DNA from: Amphiscolops sp. MND2022
Lineage: Eukaryota
NCBI GenBank assembly: GCA_964187785.1
Contig: OZ076409.1
Location: forward strand, 89,220,001-89,284,000
Length of the DNA: 64,000 bases
Reading direction: 5' to 3'
This document shows, one piece after another, positions 50,542 through 64,000 of this stretch (position 1 is the stretch's first letter; each line of letters starts with the position of its first letter). A program made the position numbers and the translations under genes. Under the pieces are notes generated by a model that saw nothing but the letters and a program-made list of their open reading frames with translations, had not been told where the DNA came from and did not search any database.

Positions 50542-52471
50542 TTTTCAGTTTAAAAATAGAGTCTTCGGCAAGAGGTGAACTCTTCGAAGAAGTTTTCTGT
50601 TTACCGTTGGAACAACGGAACAGTTTAAGTTTAGTACAGATCACAAGATTATTTAACTGAATTTACATGTTCAATCTAGATATTTATACTTTCCTAGCAT
50701 CTTTCGTTCTTCACCTAAAAAGTCCTAGGTATCACAAGAATCGGGTTTGATCAACAAAAAGCGCTTATGATTCAAATTATTTCGATCCTGCGTCATAAAA
50801 TCAGGTATCGAAATTCTTAGTTGCGTCGTTATTCCGTAAATTCTTGTTGAAATCAATTTTGTTCAGGCAATTCCATTTCCTGTTTGAGCTTCAAAATTGC
50901 GGTAAAATAAAAGTCTATTTGATATTTTCATCAGCGTAGCCACGCCGGCTTGAACAATTAGTCAATATCCAACCTAGGAAGTTGAGATTCGAAGCAGAAG
51001 AATGACTCTCAAAAATTGTGACGGAATTGAAGCGGAGCAAAGAAAGTTCGAGAATGGGAATATTTAGATATTAAGATATTAACGAGGAACAAACGATCCT
51101 AGAAAGACATAATGAGGATTGACTGCTAATTGCATAAATTAAACGAATACATCTACATTAATCTCAAATTTGACCTATACGTGGCCTTACCGGAAGGAAT
51201 ACAAAAGTACAAAATTCGTAGTACAAATGAGTTGGATAGTATTCTTCGCAAACATCGGTTATTCAAAGCACAAACAAACAGAACAATATTCAACATAAAT
51301 ATTGATTGGGATTTAGAGTGCCAACTTCAACCATCGGGGTAATTTGGCTACAGAGATAGCACTTGGTTCTGAATTAACGATAGCCTTACGTTACCTTCTA
51401 TGGTATATTTCTGTGATTGATTAGTTACTACTAAATGTATGAAAAATCTTAGTGTAACCTAAGGTAGACGTGACCATGAAATTAATGTAGTAGCACAAAA
51501 TCATTGATGTTTAAGACATAGTTTTTAATTCTCGTCTACAGTACAGCTTTCCTTGCATGAAACATTTTTCTGAGATCCTTTTAGATGCTTCGATTCAAGA
51601 AAAATTTCGTTTGAGGTTCGTTTGAACTAATACTTTATGGTAACCATCTTACAATTCGCTCAGTAGATACTCCGTACGTATTAAGTCTAGTTATAGCTAT
51701 TCGGCGGAATACAATTTTACAATCTGCTCCGTAGTCGCTCCGTACGTATTAAGATTAGTTATAGCTAAGCAGCGGTGGCTGACGGAGAGAAAGCGGAGAG
51801 CTTAGTTGATTTCATTCTCAATCTCTCAGCCAGTTGGCGTTGCTAGGGGCAACCAAGCACGGTTCTATTAGCTTGAGCTCAAATAATTCAGTTGAGGAGC
51901 GACGCTATTGGTTCGTAAAAATAGAAACACCGGTTACTAGCTTAGTTGAGTGACGCTGTCATAACGTTGTAAACATTTGCTTAAAATCCTTTGAGTGCGG
52001 TTTTAAGTGGGTATTTGACAACTAACTTAATACTGGAAAACAATTTCACTATACTTTTGCATTTCTTTCATTTTAGATTGTATGAACTCCGTTGGGATCA
52101 CGGAGTTAAATTTTATCGTTGATGTTTTCATTTTAGTGTGGAGAAGAAAGAAATGATCCAATTTTGAAAAATGTTTCTGTTTTAATATTTAGATCGGTAT
52201 GGAAGATTCAGAAGATGAGACCGGAAATAGAGAGTAGTTTTACATGTGAAAACATTAGACCAGAAGTTTTAGCTGATTTAAATCATTTCCAAAAATGTTC
52301 CGTAACGCTTACGTTAAAATTCGATGTTTTGGGAGATTATCTACGAGTAACTTAGCTGTACTGTAAGTAGAATTAAATTAAGAGTTTATTGGTACTTGCA
52401 GTAGCCGCGTCCTCTCCTTCTCCCCAACACGTAGCAAAAACTGCAACCACGTCCGGGAGCGTGTCGTCACA
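50163..52471 (-). repeat. 5' LTR of element B (2309 bp)
   Basis: Direct repeat of 44647-47072; PBS directly adjacent (50151-50162). Confidence 0.92.
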
Positions 52472-52899
52472 GCAGTTACGAGTGATGTAAAAAGAAATCG
52501 AAAACGCACTTGTGATCTTTGCTAGAAAAACAGAAAATCTCTGATAGGACACGATTGCTTAAACTAAAATACACGGCCAGTGAATCCAACTGTGAACGTA
52601 CAATAATTTTTTCCAATCAGTTAATCAATTACTTGATTCTAGTGATAAACCCGAATCTTTCAGAAGTTCCAGAACGTATTTTTGTGACTGTATAGGCTTG
52701 ATACTCAACTCAAATTTATCGACTCAATACGAACCCGAAAAGTTCTCAGCAAGGGTTCCCTTTCAATTTCAAAAATTAGTGGATGAGGATCGCAAAATGT
52801 TGCTCAAAGATTGCCAATGGTCCAAAGTTGACAAAACCGATGATGTGCTTATGCGCCGGATAGTCATCATGCGCCGGTAAAAAAAGGGCCGAAGCGTCA

Positions 52900-54250
52900 A
52901 AAGCGCGTTGGCAGCGTGTGCTTTGAACAGAAACAAATGCCCAAAATGGATTGTCTAATGGAACGAATTGCCCAGTTTATTAACGGCGAAGGCGACGGAG
53001 CTACCGTGCAATATGCTCAAAACTAGATCGCTTTGCATCCGGAACCAATTGGATTTCCTAGATTATCGAAGGCAAAAACCACCGGCGCCTATGTTTTCAA
53101 CACCGGCTCGTACTGGTCAACTATCATGCCCACGAAACATCACGAGGTCTCATTTTTCTTTGCTCCGATATCTTTCTCGAGAGAATAACTGACCTTGTGA
53201 AGAAACCGCACTCAGCGATCCGATTCGATTATCTGATACTTGAAACAAATGTCTCAGATAGACATTTATGGTGTCGTTTCCATGGTCCACAGACTTGTAG
53301 TTCCAAGTTTCTTACAACTAATCACTCTCCAAACTTTGGGCACACTGTTGCAGGTAGCATGTTGACAAAAGATGCCATTGTGTGGAGGTCGCTACTTGAA
53401 CGCCGAGTTGTCACTATAGCAAAGAGATGCCCCCAATGCGCTGTCGTCGCTAAATTAATGAAAACAGTTTTAATTGAAAAAGCATATCGACAACTTACCT
53501 GAATCTACTGAGAGTTAACAAGCGATTTCAGCTGACTTCGCTAGTCCCTTCAAGAATCCCTTCAAGATTCCGAAAATAGGCTCATATGATGTCAGTAGAA
53601 TATTTTTTAACTGGCCGACCGCAATGATCTTAGAAACAATTAAGAATCTTAGAGAACGTTCTCGGGTTACAACGCCAGAAGGGACTTTACATGAAGAAAG
53701 GGTACTCCAGTAAAACAATCAAACCAAAGGATTGAGATCTTTCCAGCAGGACGCTCTCAGCCAACAACCATCTTCAAAAGTTATGTAGCAGCCAATTTGC
53801 GGTGCTATTCTCGCATAGTAAAGAAACTCCACACGGCACACGCCGGGGAAACGTTCGCCGCCACGCGGACGGAGACTGTAGCTAGACCATCAGATGACAG
53901 CGTCAAAACACCGCGTGACAACGTCGTCAACACGTTTAGTGCCAGCTATTTCACGGCCACCAACGCCAATGGAAGTCGCCATGAAGCTCTTGAAAAACGG
54001 ATAGATCCAAATAGACAACATGAAAGCCAGTAGCATGACAGAAAACTGGCAAAATGGGAACACTCTGATTCTGAAGAAGAACCAAAAGCCATAGAAGCAA
54101 CGATCAACATTTACCTTACGAAGAAAAACCTGCTATTAAAAAGAATAGATCCATCCAAATCAAACCGCGTTGCTCGTTTTAACTCAAATATAGGATGCAG
54201 AGGTTGTATGCGGCAAAGGCCGAATCACTACGACCATATTGTCATACTTT
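52900..54250 (+). pseudogene. Heavily decayed Gypsy integrase-like remnant
   Basis: Fragments such as HLWCRFHG, CPQC and R(H)TAH across broken frames resemble integrase HHCC/core; boundaries are vague. Confidence 0.35.
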
Positions 54251-57004
54251 CCACTTTAGAATTCTGTTTATCCGAAGTAGAAACAAAGAGAACATTAGAA
54301 ACCCAACTGGACTAAAGAAGAGTTATAAGATCCGTGTTTTCTGTTCTTTTGTTTGATTGCACTTTATTACTCTTTAAATCCTCATCCTTTTTTGCAGATC
54401 AGGTGTGGTAGTATATGATTTTTGAATTTTGTAAAATCCGATTACTTTGCTTGAAGCCCAGAATATAGATAGCACTATTTCTATCATGTTTGTAGATTCA
54501 CCGCTTTGTAACAACGTCAGAAAATTCTGGCCATGATGCTGTGTTCTGTTAATGCTCATTTAGCAAACATGGTGTTTACTTAGTAGACGAATGGTCTCAC
54601 CACTTTAAAGACACGTCTTGACTTTACGTCACCGATGTATAGTTCGAATCGCTGAGGACAGAGTTGATCTTTTAGCGCGAATTCTACTAAGTTTCACCTT
54701 TGAGCAACATTTTCTCAGGTACTAAATCGGAAAACCAAGTGTGACAAAACCGGAAACCTCCATTTAGGTTTTCTCAATGACGACTAAAACTAGAAACATG
54801 AATTCTGACACAAATAGACATGAGCAGCTGTGCTAATAAAACTGGAACCAAGTCAGGAGCCCCGACTCTGAACTATAAGCACCGGTAACTCATCAGGTCG
54901 TCCCCCTACAGGCACAGAGAAGCTTCAAGGTCACAAGCGGGTCTCAAGTACACCGCAGGGGACAACACCTGACAATTTAAAAAACGTATATTGAAACATG
55001 TCAATCAATGGCATTGGAGTGGAAGTTTATGCATTTCGATTAGACGAAGAGATTAACGGAGAACGCCTTTAGATCAACAGAAACAAGTTTCCCTCGTGTA
55101 GGGAACCTGGAAACTCTGTAAGTGAAGTTCATTGAGTAATCGTCTCTGCTTTGAAAGTCCCTCCACAGACTCGGATTATTATAGCAAGTTTAAATTTGGT
55201 AAAATTGTTGTACTATTTGTTATTACCGACATGAAATTTTTTGTCTAAGTATAACTCGGTTGTAAGAGGCGTTCGCTCTGTCTTAAAACGGATAAATAAA
55301 CATGAAAGAAAAAGCATGAAACTTTAGGATGCCGACGCCCAAGAATGAAAAAGCCTATTATGATGAAAAGTGAAGACGAAACCACCCGAAACACGCGTGA
55401 AAAATAAATACAGCCAAGGGAGGGGCTGAAATTGAAGTGGTTAGACACAACTGAGTAAGAGAGCTAGAAGCAAGTTAACTCTCGCGGTGACAAGATACTT
55501 TCCTAGAAATTTGTGTTGTCGAGAGCTCTGAGTGGACTTTTCTGACAGATCTAGGACTTTTGATATTATTGAAGTTAGAGCGTTAAGAAGATTGAATTGT
55601 GCCTAGCGTAACTGGCTCGATCGCGAGTTCGATTGTTGTCTATCTTCTATGAGGAACATTAGATTGTATTTAGTGAACGTATTCGATTGGATGCAAAAAC
55701 TATCTTGTTTTTATTTCATTGAAATTGCAAACTGGTTTCTCAGTCGATAGTCGAAAGCCTATAGAGCAAAAACCGGAGAGCTAAATTGTAACAAAAGACA
55801 GTAACTTCAAAAGAATTGGCTTACCCACCAAACAACCTTTTTCTTGTTGAGCCTCTAGTAGGCGGTAAAACTTTCTCCAAACACCCGAATTTGATCTGAT
55901 TTCTTGTTGGCGTTGCGACATTTTTAGACGTTTATATTTCATGTTACGAAACCTGCTCAAAGTGCAGTAACCCGTTTGGGAGGATAAGAAAAGAAATTCG
56001 AACAACAAGCTGAAGAAAAGAATGGCAACTGTTTTTGAGTTTAATCTCTGAAAAAATCTGTCTTTCCGCCGATCGCCGGTTTCCTTACACTCTTCAAGTC
56101 GGTTGGTCCTACGAAGTGCCTTACATAGCAATTTGTGGCGTTTCAGTCAGTTGGTGCGCACTTGACAACATGTTATCGACTAGAAATAAACTTCATTTTA
56201 AGATGTACTGACTGGAAGCATGACATCAGATCCTTTTTAGGATGTTCTCTCTCCCAATATTCTAACTTTCGGCCATTAGAAAGGAAATGAAATATATCAT
56301 TGCTTTCGTATCATATAGATAAATCAACATTTTCCCAAAAGATTTTCCTCCCTTCATACGCGTGAAATTGTGCTAAAATTTTTTAAAATGTCATAAGTTA
56401 GTAGCTGATTGTATGAAATCATCTGAGGTCAACAGAATAATAAGGACTAGAATCTTTTAGAAATAGTAAAAAAATAGTAAAAACTTTTAGTGCAAAAAAT
56501 GAAAGTGAGTTTTTATAACGAGTTTTGAGCCTGTTTATTTTCTATTGATTACCAGAGCTTGTAATAATACTTTTTCCTCGCTCTCAAAAATGGTTTTCGA
56601 ATATTTAATATAGAGCAAATTTGAAATCTTGAATACTTGTTATTTTTTGAAGTCTAGCGAGTTGAATATTTTCGAAGAAGAATTGCATTTGCTGCAACCA
56701 AATGAATGAATCACCATCATAGCTATAACAATTTTTACAATCACAATACAATTTTTGCACGTGCCTTATTAAAAACTGTGAGAGCATTGAAGAACGTATA
56801 TTATATATGCACGTCAGGATTTATTTTTATGTTCATTCTATTATCTTCAAAAACACAGACCATTTAATGGCTCTTTTCTGATCTCATAACTTGCTCCAGT
56901 ATCGCCAAATAGCACGAAGGTTTTAAGCAGTCAACGCAAAGCTTCAGAAAATTGTATTAAATTCTGATTTTTTTGCCAACAAAACTTGAAAACATTATTC
57001 CGCA

Positions 57005-59712
57005 ATGCCAGAAATTACAGAAATCGCAGAAACAGAGCAAGATACATTGTCCAAGAATGAAGAGCTACCTTCTGCAGAAATCTTTCTCGAAAGTACTTCA
57101 AATAATGAGATGTTGAATCCAGAAGAGAACGATTGCAGTGCTAAAATTCAAGAAGTCTCGGAAAATATGAACACGGATTTAGAGACAACAGTTTCGGAAG
57201 AAATATCCAGCAGTACAAAAGCCGATATTTCAGAACCTGGGAATGGGGATAGATGTATTGAAAGACCTGAGACTAAAACTGTTTCGAGCCCGGAACAAAC
57301 AAACAAACTGGAATCTTTATATTCTGGACCAAGAATGACAGTGCCAGCCATCAAAAAACTCTGCAAAGAGCACAAATTGTACAACACGCCTGAGCTGAAT
57401 GATGTTTTGTACCTGCATTTCAAAGGTTTCCAGAAGATTGAAAATTTGGAGCTTTACACAGGATTGAAATGTTTGTGGCTCGAATCGAATGGGTTCAACC
57501 AAATCGAGGGTCTGGACAACCAGATTGAACTGCGAGCTCTCTATTTGCAGCAAAATTTGATCAGAGATATTGAGAACATCAACCATTTGAAAAACCTGGT
57601 TCATCTAAACTTGTCAAATAACATGATCAGCGAACTGAAAAACCTGAGCGACTGTCCCAATTTGAACAACCTCCAAGTTTCACATAATTTACTGAAGACG
57701 AAATTAGATATTCAGCATTTGACGGAATGCAAAAACATCAGCGTTCTGGATCTATCGCACAACAAGATAGAAGATGAGGCTGTTTTGGAGGTGTATGCTG
57801 AAATGGCAGAGCTTGGGGTGTTGAACCAAATGGGCAACCCGTTGCTGAGAAAATTGACCAATTACAGGAAGAATTACACGGTGCAAGTGAAAAACCTTAG
57901 GTACTTGGATGACAGGCCTGTTTTTCCCAAAGACCGAGCTTGTGCTGAAGCTTGGGCACGAGGTAAAGTATCTTTAAAGCGCTTTTCCCTGGATCCGTTG
58001 GAACTTTTTCTTACCCCCCCCTCCCCCCACACACTTTTCAAGATGATGTTTTTGCAATTAATTATATCTCAATTGCGTTTCCAATGAAACAGTTCAGTTT
58101 TAAATTTATTCTCAGGGTGACAGTTTAGGATTCAGATACAAACTTTGTTCACACTTTTCCCTATGTAGTTACGCATTTTTGATGAAGAAATCATTAGCTT
58201 CCTGTTTTGAGACATCAATAAACACTCAATACGAACATAATTAGTCAAATTGTGTGAACAATTGTTTGTTCAAGCGGAAAACTACTCTAATAGTGTGGAG
58301 ACAACAAAACAAAGGAAAAGACTTATTCGAAGAAATATTGAATGATATAGTCAAATATAATCCTTTATGTTGAGTTTGTTTTCTTTAAAAAGTGTGTGGG
58401 GGGAAGGAAAAAGAGCCGATCCGTTTCCCGAAATCCCAAAAATTAATTTCGTCCAAAAATTGTCCAGTGTATAATGTGACATCAATTTAGAACAAAATTT
58501 GGTTCTTTCCTGTCCCCCACCACCATTTATGGAAAATTAGTGGGACCATTAGGACAAAAAGTTTAAAAACTAAACCAGAAACCTGTTTCATATTGAATTT
58601 CAAGGTTTTAATTTACGACTTACAATTTCTGTTCACACTATTTTTACCGATCAAGTCGATGAGTTACAAAAAACAGCTAATTTTCAACATCAATCGATAT
58701 GTGTGAAAAGTGTTTTGTTCAAACGAAAAACTATTGCAATAGAAATTCAACTTCTTGTTATAGAAAAATTCACTTTTTATTATGCCAGTTTGAGAAACTT
58801 TTCAAAATTTGACTTCAAAATAATGGAAGGTTTGGGGGGAGGCATAAATTTTAGACATATCATAGATTGATAAATCCTGTTTAAAATTATCATTTCCTTG
58901 ACATTTTCATTATATCACTCAGTTAACTTTATTTTTATCAGCTTTTGCCAAAATGTTGACAATGTTTGTTTCTCGTTCAAGGTGGTCGTGAAGAAGAACG
59001 CGCAGAGCGGGAAAGATGGGCGGCTGCGGAGAGGAAGAAGATCGATGACTCTCTCGAAAGTCTGAGAAAGATCAAAAAGCAATCAGAAAGACGGAGAAAG
59101 TATTACGAAAATAAAAGAAAACAAGAAGAAGCTAAAGGCATCGCAAAAGGCGTTCCATCGGAGAACTTTGAAAATGAAGATGACGTCAATTCGGAAGCTG
59201 ACGGTAGTGACAGTGGAAGCAGTATCAATCTGAATTCAGATCCAGAGGATCAACAGGAAGATCTGGCGGAAGACGAAGAGGCTAAAAAGCCAGTAAATTT
59301 AGATGAAATTCCGGATTTGGAGGAAATTGAGGCATCCGAGATTGCGCAACAATCTGACCTTGGGGGACGAAAACTCTTGATTGAAGAAATTGGCGGAGAT
59401 CGTGCAACGAACGAGGAAGCATCTTCTTTGTTTGGGAGTCAGTCGCAAAGTGATAAGAAATCTTTTGTCATTGAAGAGTTCTCCAGCAAGTTGAAGATAT
59501 CAGAAGCAACAGAAGAAGCGGAAAGATCCACAATTCAAGAGGTCAACGTTCCGACCTTCCCTCTTGAAAGCAGCAGGTCGACTGTTTTTGAGCAGACCAT
59601 TGCACTTGACGACAACCCGACTGGTGACAATGTATGTCAAACATCAGGCAAAGAAGCCTGGTCGAATGAACAGCCTACGAAAAAGAACACACTCATAGAG
59701 GAACTCGATTAG
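57005..59712 (+). CDS. DNAAF1: Dynein axonemal assembly factor 1 (LRRC50/ODA7); exons 57005-57962 and 58982-59712
   Basis: [49 protein letters not shown], LRRs, [22 protein letters not shown]; phase-1 GT-AG intron; acidic tail ending LIEELD. Confidence 0.93.
57990..58425. mobile_element. Inverted-repeat element in DNAAF1 intron
   Basis: ccccccacacactttt (~58023) is inverted as aaaagtgtgtgggggg (~58390), with ggatc / gatcc outer ends. Confidence 0.45.
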
Positions 59713-60082
59713 ATGTTTCAATTTGTGGGTTTCGTTGCAGTCTAAGTTGTATGATTGTCTTCAATGTACGTTATATTTGTAGAACTCTTTTTCAAATAAA
59801 TTTCATCTTAAGGCAGTTTGTCTCAAGTCCTACGATAGAAATGTTTGTTATCTTGACATGAGGATATTTCCTGTTGAAAGAAACTCAAGTTTTGATCATC
59901 GGCTCTCTGCAGTTCAGTAATATTACTATAATTACTGAAAAATGCCCGAGCTTGATTTCAAGATGATCATTTCCACTCGTTTGGGTATGAAAATATTTCT
60001 AGAATTACACAAATGAATTTCTCAAACAATTTTTATCTGCAATGTGTACAAAAAAGTAGACACGTTACGCTTCATCGATGGC

Positions 60083-60135
60083 ACCCAAAAGTTGAACTAT
60101 AAGCCTTCCGAAGGCTTATAGTTCAACTTTTGGGT
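60083..60135. repeat. Perfect palindrome, 26-bp arms, 1-nt spacer
   Basis: acccaaaagttgaactataagccttc-c-gaaggcttatagttcaacttttgggt. Confidence 0.9.
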
Positions 60136-60197
60136 CTTACTTGAAAATAGATGAAATTTTTCAAAAACGATTGCTAACAGAAATAAAAACATTTTCT

Positions 60198-63100
60198 TGT
60201 TATCATATGGGGGTAGTTACCGCAATTTTGTACTTTTTCGTGATCGAGTCCGGTAAGGCAATTTTTTTTGTTTGTTAATGGTGAGGAAACAATCTGAGAT
60301 TACACGAAAACACACGGTGAACACCGTGTTAAATTAGGACTAATTTAAAAGCTGTCCATTTTAGCTGACCTAAATGTAAGTAGTGTCTTCAGGCGTTCAG
60401 AATAACGTTGATGAAATTGTTATATTCTGGTAATCTAAGTTTAAGAGAAAAGAATATTGTAAAATAAAGATCTCTAGTTCAAATGTATATCTCAGCTTTT
60501 CAATTTGTATAAATGTATCTAATGTAATTTAACGTTAGATTGAGTTTGTTTGTAAACAACTCCAGCTGGTATGTAGACACTAGACAGTTTTCATGCAAGT
60601 GAACCGAATCTCGGTAGAGGTCGTAGGAACCGGATTGAACCGTATATAATATTTCCCCCTCTATTCTTTTCTCGTGTAGTTTTTCTACATCTGATCTGAG
60701 GGGCCTGGTTTTGATTCTTCCTCGGGTAGGAAGTCTGCTGGTTTCTGGATCGTCTCCGGTTTTGGCGTATCTTTGTGTCGATTCCACATTGTACCTGTAA
60801 TATATACATTGTGTTTTAGACCTTTAATTTTTTTTTCATCCCCAGAAGTTTCCCGTATAGGGTATGCTACCGTATCTATTCGGTTTTTTACTATTTCGGT
60901 TAGAGCGTCTTATTTGTGATTCTGAATTCTCACCCGGCATTTCGCTGTCGGTGTGTAGTTGTAGCGTGTCTTCCTCCGGGTTAGTCCGTATTGGCACGTA
61001 TCTCCCGTCTTTTTCGGATGTGTCATATACTATCGGTGTTCCGATTTCTTCCGGCGTTTCTTCATCGTCTTCATCTTCGTCGTCATCGTCAGTTTCGCTT
61101 TCTGCCCGCTTTTTATTTTGGACGATTTTCAATTTACCGTTCAGGATATCCCGAAGTATTTCATCCCAACGGCCATATTTCCCGTCCAGTCCGCGTAGGC
61201 AGTGTCGGTTTTTGGGGTTGATTTCGCCGGTTGTGTTTGTCACCGGTTCTTTTCTGTTTTTCCTCTCGGTCTGAAACAGTGGTTCCGAAATAAATTTTCG
61301 GTTAATTATTTTCCCGGAGTCTGTTTTTATAGTACTTTCGGTTCCGCTTATAGTGGTTTGTATTTTCTTTTGAAATTTTCCTTCTAATGATTTTTTGTTA
61401 TGATTCTTTTCAACAAAGTAAAAGGGGTATCTAACCGAATTTTTCTTCTTCGGTGATTTCGGTCTTTCGGCGAGGTGTTTCTCCTCTGTTTTGGTTCGCG
61501 CCATAACTATGTGGTTTGTGATGTCCCCGTCCGCATCACGGCCAACATATATGGGAATCTTTGGTTTGTTCGGTGCTGAAACAGTCAGTTCTGACCAATT
61601 AGATAGGTATGATTTTCCGTCTTTAACGATATTCGTTAATTCGGTTCTCGGTTTTCTACCGTGGTGTAGTTCAAATGGCGTTAACTTTAATCCGGTGTGT
61701 ATTGTAAATCGCATTACATGTAATGCTCTGTTTACACTTTCGGTTAGGCTTATGCCGTCTTCCAAATTTGCTATTATTAAGTTTTTCAATGTTTGTATTG
61801 CTCTTTCTACTACTCCGTTTCCCGTATGTACTCGGGGGAGACAATATTCAATTTCAATATTTCGGTTCTTGCAAAATTCTCGGTATTCTTTCGAAACGAA
61901 CGCTCCTCCTTTATCGGATTTGATCTTTTCCGGTATTCCGTATAAGTTAAAATTACTCGATAGAAAATTTGTGACTTCTTTGGTCTCCGCCGTTTTACAT
62001 TTTTTTACGGTCGGCCATTTACTGAATCTATCTACCGCTATTAGTATTTGTACTTCTCCGTGTATGTTTTTGTTATGTATTTTTCCGGTAAAATCGATTT
62101 GTAATTCTTGGCCGGGTTCAGTTAGTTCTTCTAATTTTCCGTAATGCTTTTTCGGTAATTGATATTTAAGGTTTTTACCTGATGCAAAGCAGGCTGTACA
62201 GTCCTTTACTTTGTTCTCGATATCCTGTTTCATTCCGGGCCACCAGAATATGCGTGCTTCTGACATCATTTTTGTTATACCGGAGTGACCGAAATGAAGG
62301 ATGTCCAGGAGTCTTCGTCTCAAGTCGATGGGTATCACAATTTGGTCATCGACGAAGATCAATCCCCATCTGATTGATAGTTTGTCAAATGCATTTCGGT
62401 AGCCATCCGGAATTGTCTCTCGATCTTCTCTCCGCATGCTAGTTCTGACGCGGGTTAGTTCCGGGTCGATTGCGGTTTTTGCGATAAGTGTTTTTAAGTC
62501 CATCATGAACTCAAATTCTGCTTTTTTTAATATGTTCTTCGGTGATCTTCTTGTTGCTTGTTAATTTTCCCACGATGTGGTTTATCTGTATGTAATGCGC
62601 CTGCTTTCCTTTGGTATTGTATCTGCTGAGATCTACTATTGGTAGATTGTCGCCCCGCATTATGACGCTGTCTTCTTCCGTCTCGGCATTTTCGATTTCC
62701 AGTTCACCTTCTTCCCGTATTTCTTCCGGTTCTTCTTCTTCTTCGGCTATTGGTCGGTATCCACCGCCCAATCGATTGGCTCTCCTCATGATCTCTGCGT
62801 CTATCTCGGCAATTTCCTCTCGGCTTCTTTTGTTGGGTCTCGTTGGAGCGAATACCGTTCTTTGGGTGTAGTGATCGTACCGACGTCGTAATGTTCCCGG
62901 TCGGGATAATCCATTTCGTTGCTCTACTAGTCGGCGTGTCTCTGGGCTATTGTTCCGTCTGCGAATAATCTCCATAATTTCGCGTGTGGCGCCCCAGTGG
63001 TAAAAGTTTTCGCGATCCATTTCGGTAATTTCCGTATTTGAATTTTGAACTTTTGTAATTCGATTTGAATTTTGACTCTCTTTCTTTGAGTAACTTGGCT

Positions 63101-64000
63101 CTAGCGCGCTAATTTCGGACTGCCCGGATGTAGTTTTTCGTAATCGGTCGGTTTGTTCCAAAAGTTTTGGTAAGAATTTTGCCATGTATTGTATCGCCCC
63201 GAGAAATGATTTCAGTTCTTTTGTGTTCTCCGGTGATTTTAATTTCTGTATGGCTTCTATTTTTTCTTCGTTCGGTTTAATTCCGTTTTCGTCAATTTCG
63301 TGTCCCAGCCACTTTATTCGGTTCATGAAGAATTCTGATTTCTGTTTGCTTGCTCGGTAGCCGGCTTTTTCCAGTTTAGTCAATACGTCAAATAGTTTCT
63401 TCTCGTGGTCTTGTTTGTTTCCCCGTATTACTACAATTATATCGTCCAGCCACGCCGGTGTGCAATATTCGAGTGTTCGGTCGATCTTTTCTTGGAATAT
63501 CGTGGGTATGTCGGCAAGTCCGTAAAACCCTTTTTTGAATCGGTAATATCCGCTGAATTTTCCTCCGGTTAAGGCAAATACACATTGTCGGCTTGTTTCT
63601 TCGGATAGTTTCATTTGTCCGTATGCATAGTCTAGATCAATTTTTGATATAAATAATTGTAGTGTTCGGTCGCGTGAAATTTCTACCGAAATCTGGTTTA
63701 GTAATTCCTCCATATTCGGCATGTGAGGTCTCATTTTTATGCAGCTATCGTTCAGTTTTCTTGAGTCTAGTGCTATCTTCACTGATTTGTCACTTTTTAC
63801 GGTTATGACTACCGGAGATACAAAGCAATCTTCGTCTACGTCCTTTATCTTTTCTAGGTTTCCGGATTTTATTAGTTTTTCTAATTCACGTCCGACATCT
63901 TCCTGGAGATGTAGTGGTATCGGTCTTGCTTTTTGTTTTACCGGATAGTGTCCTGGTTTTAATTGGATATTTATTTCGGTGTCTTTTATAGTTTCATTGT
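60198..64000 (-). mobile_element. Element C: 3' part of a Gypsy retrotransposon (RT, integrase, PPT, putative 3' LTR), cut by the window end
   Basis: PPT GAAAAGAATAGAGGGGGAAA at ~60652-60671 followed by TATTATA (probably mutated TGTTATA); outer LTR end ambiguous (tgttat at 60418 or 60198). Confidence 0.8.
60836..64000 (-). pseudogene. pol: pol of element C: RT and integrase, RNase H missing, frameshift near 62515
   Basis: ALDSRKLN, KIDLDYAYGQ, WLDD, LKSFLGAIQY; integrase HFGH..CTAC, IDF, SDKG, VERA. Confidence 0.88.

Larger units (their letters stand above)
44647..52471 (-). mobile_element. Element B: internally deleted, non-autonomous Gypsy LTR retrotransposon
   Basis: ~2.3-2.4-kb direct repeats with TG..CA ends, flanks gcaat/gcagt (decayed 5-bp TSD), PBS TGGTGACCGGAG, short purine tract GAGAGGGG, gag/protease remnants, no RT/RH/IN. 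Confidence 0.92.

Noticed and set aside
57963..58087. C-terminal extension of the 360-aa DNAAF1 ORF
   Set aside because: Read-through into the intron after the g|gtaaag donor.

Overview
Repeat-rich eukaryotic (invertebrate animal) genomic DNA; the species cannot be fixed from sequence alone. Host genes: the 3' part of a multi-exon CCDC88/Daple-like gene (1-23021, +; GBA motif and terminal WYEYGCV), a 4-exon BTB/POZ gene nested antisense in one of its introns (3564-5731, -), and a 2-exon DNAAF1/LRRC50 gene (57005-59712, +). Introns and intergenic DNA hold Helentron/DINE-1-like elements, MITEs, a degenerate tandem array and two near-perfect palindromes. There are three Gypsy LTR retrotransposons on the minus strand. 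The most interesting is element A (27944-43891, ~16 kb, TGTGC target-site duplication). Between pol and its 3' LTR it carries (i) an apparently intact, six-exon antisense gene of ~1252 aa with a BED-like zinc finger and a C-terminal half resembling a catalytically dead hAT transposase, and (ii) a divergently oriented sense accessory ORF that runs into the LTR. In addition, ~190 codons of gag lie inside the LTR, there is no purine tract before the 3' LTR, a degenerate dUTPase-like domain sits between protease and RT, and an A-AAA-AAC -1 frameshift site joins gag to pol. A different, internally deleted element B (44647-52471) shows the same layout, suggesting a lineage of 'complex' Gypsy elements with accessory genes. 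Element C (to 64000) is partial. All gene models and homologies were read by eye; no database search was run.
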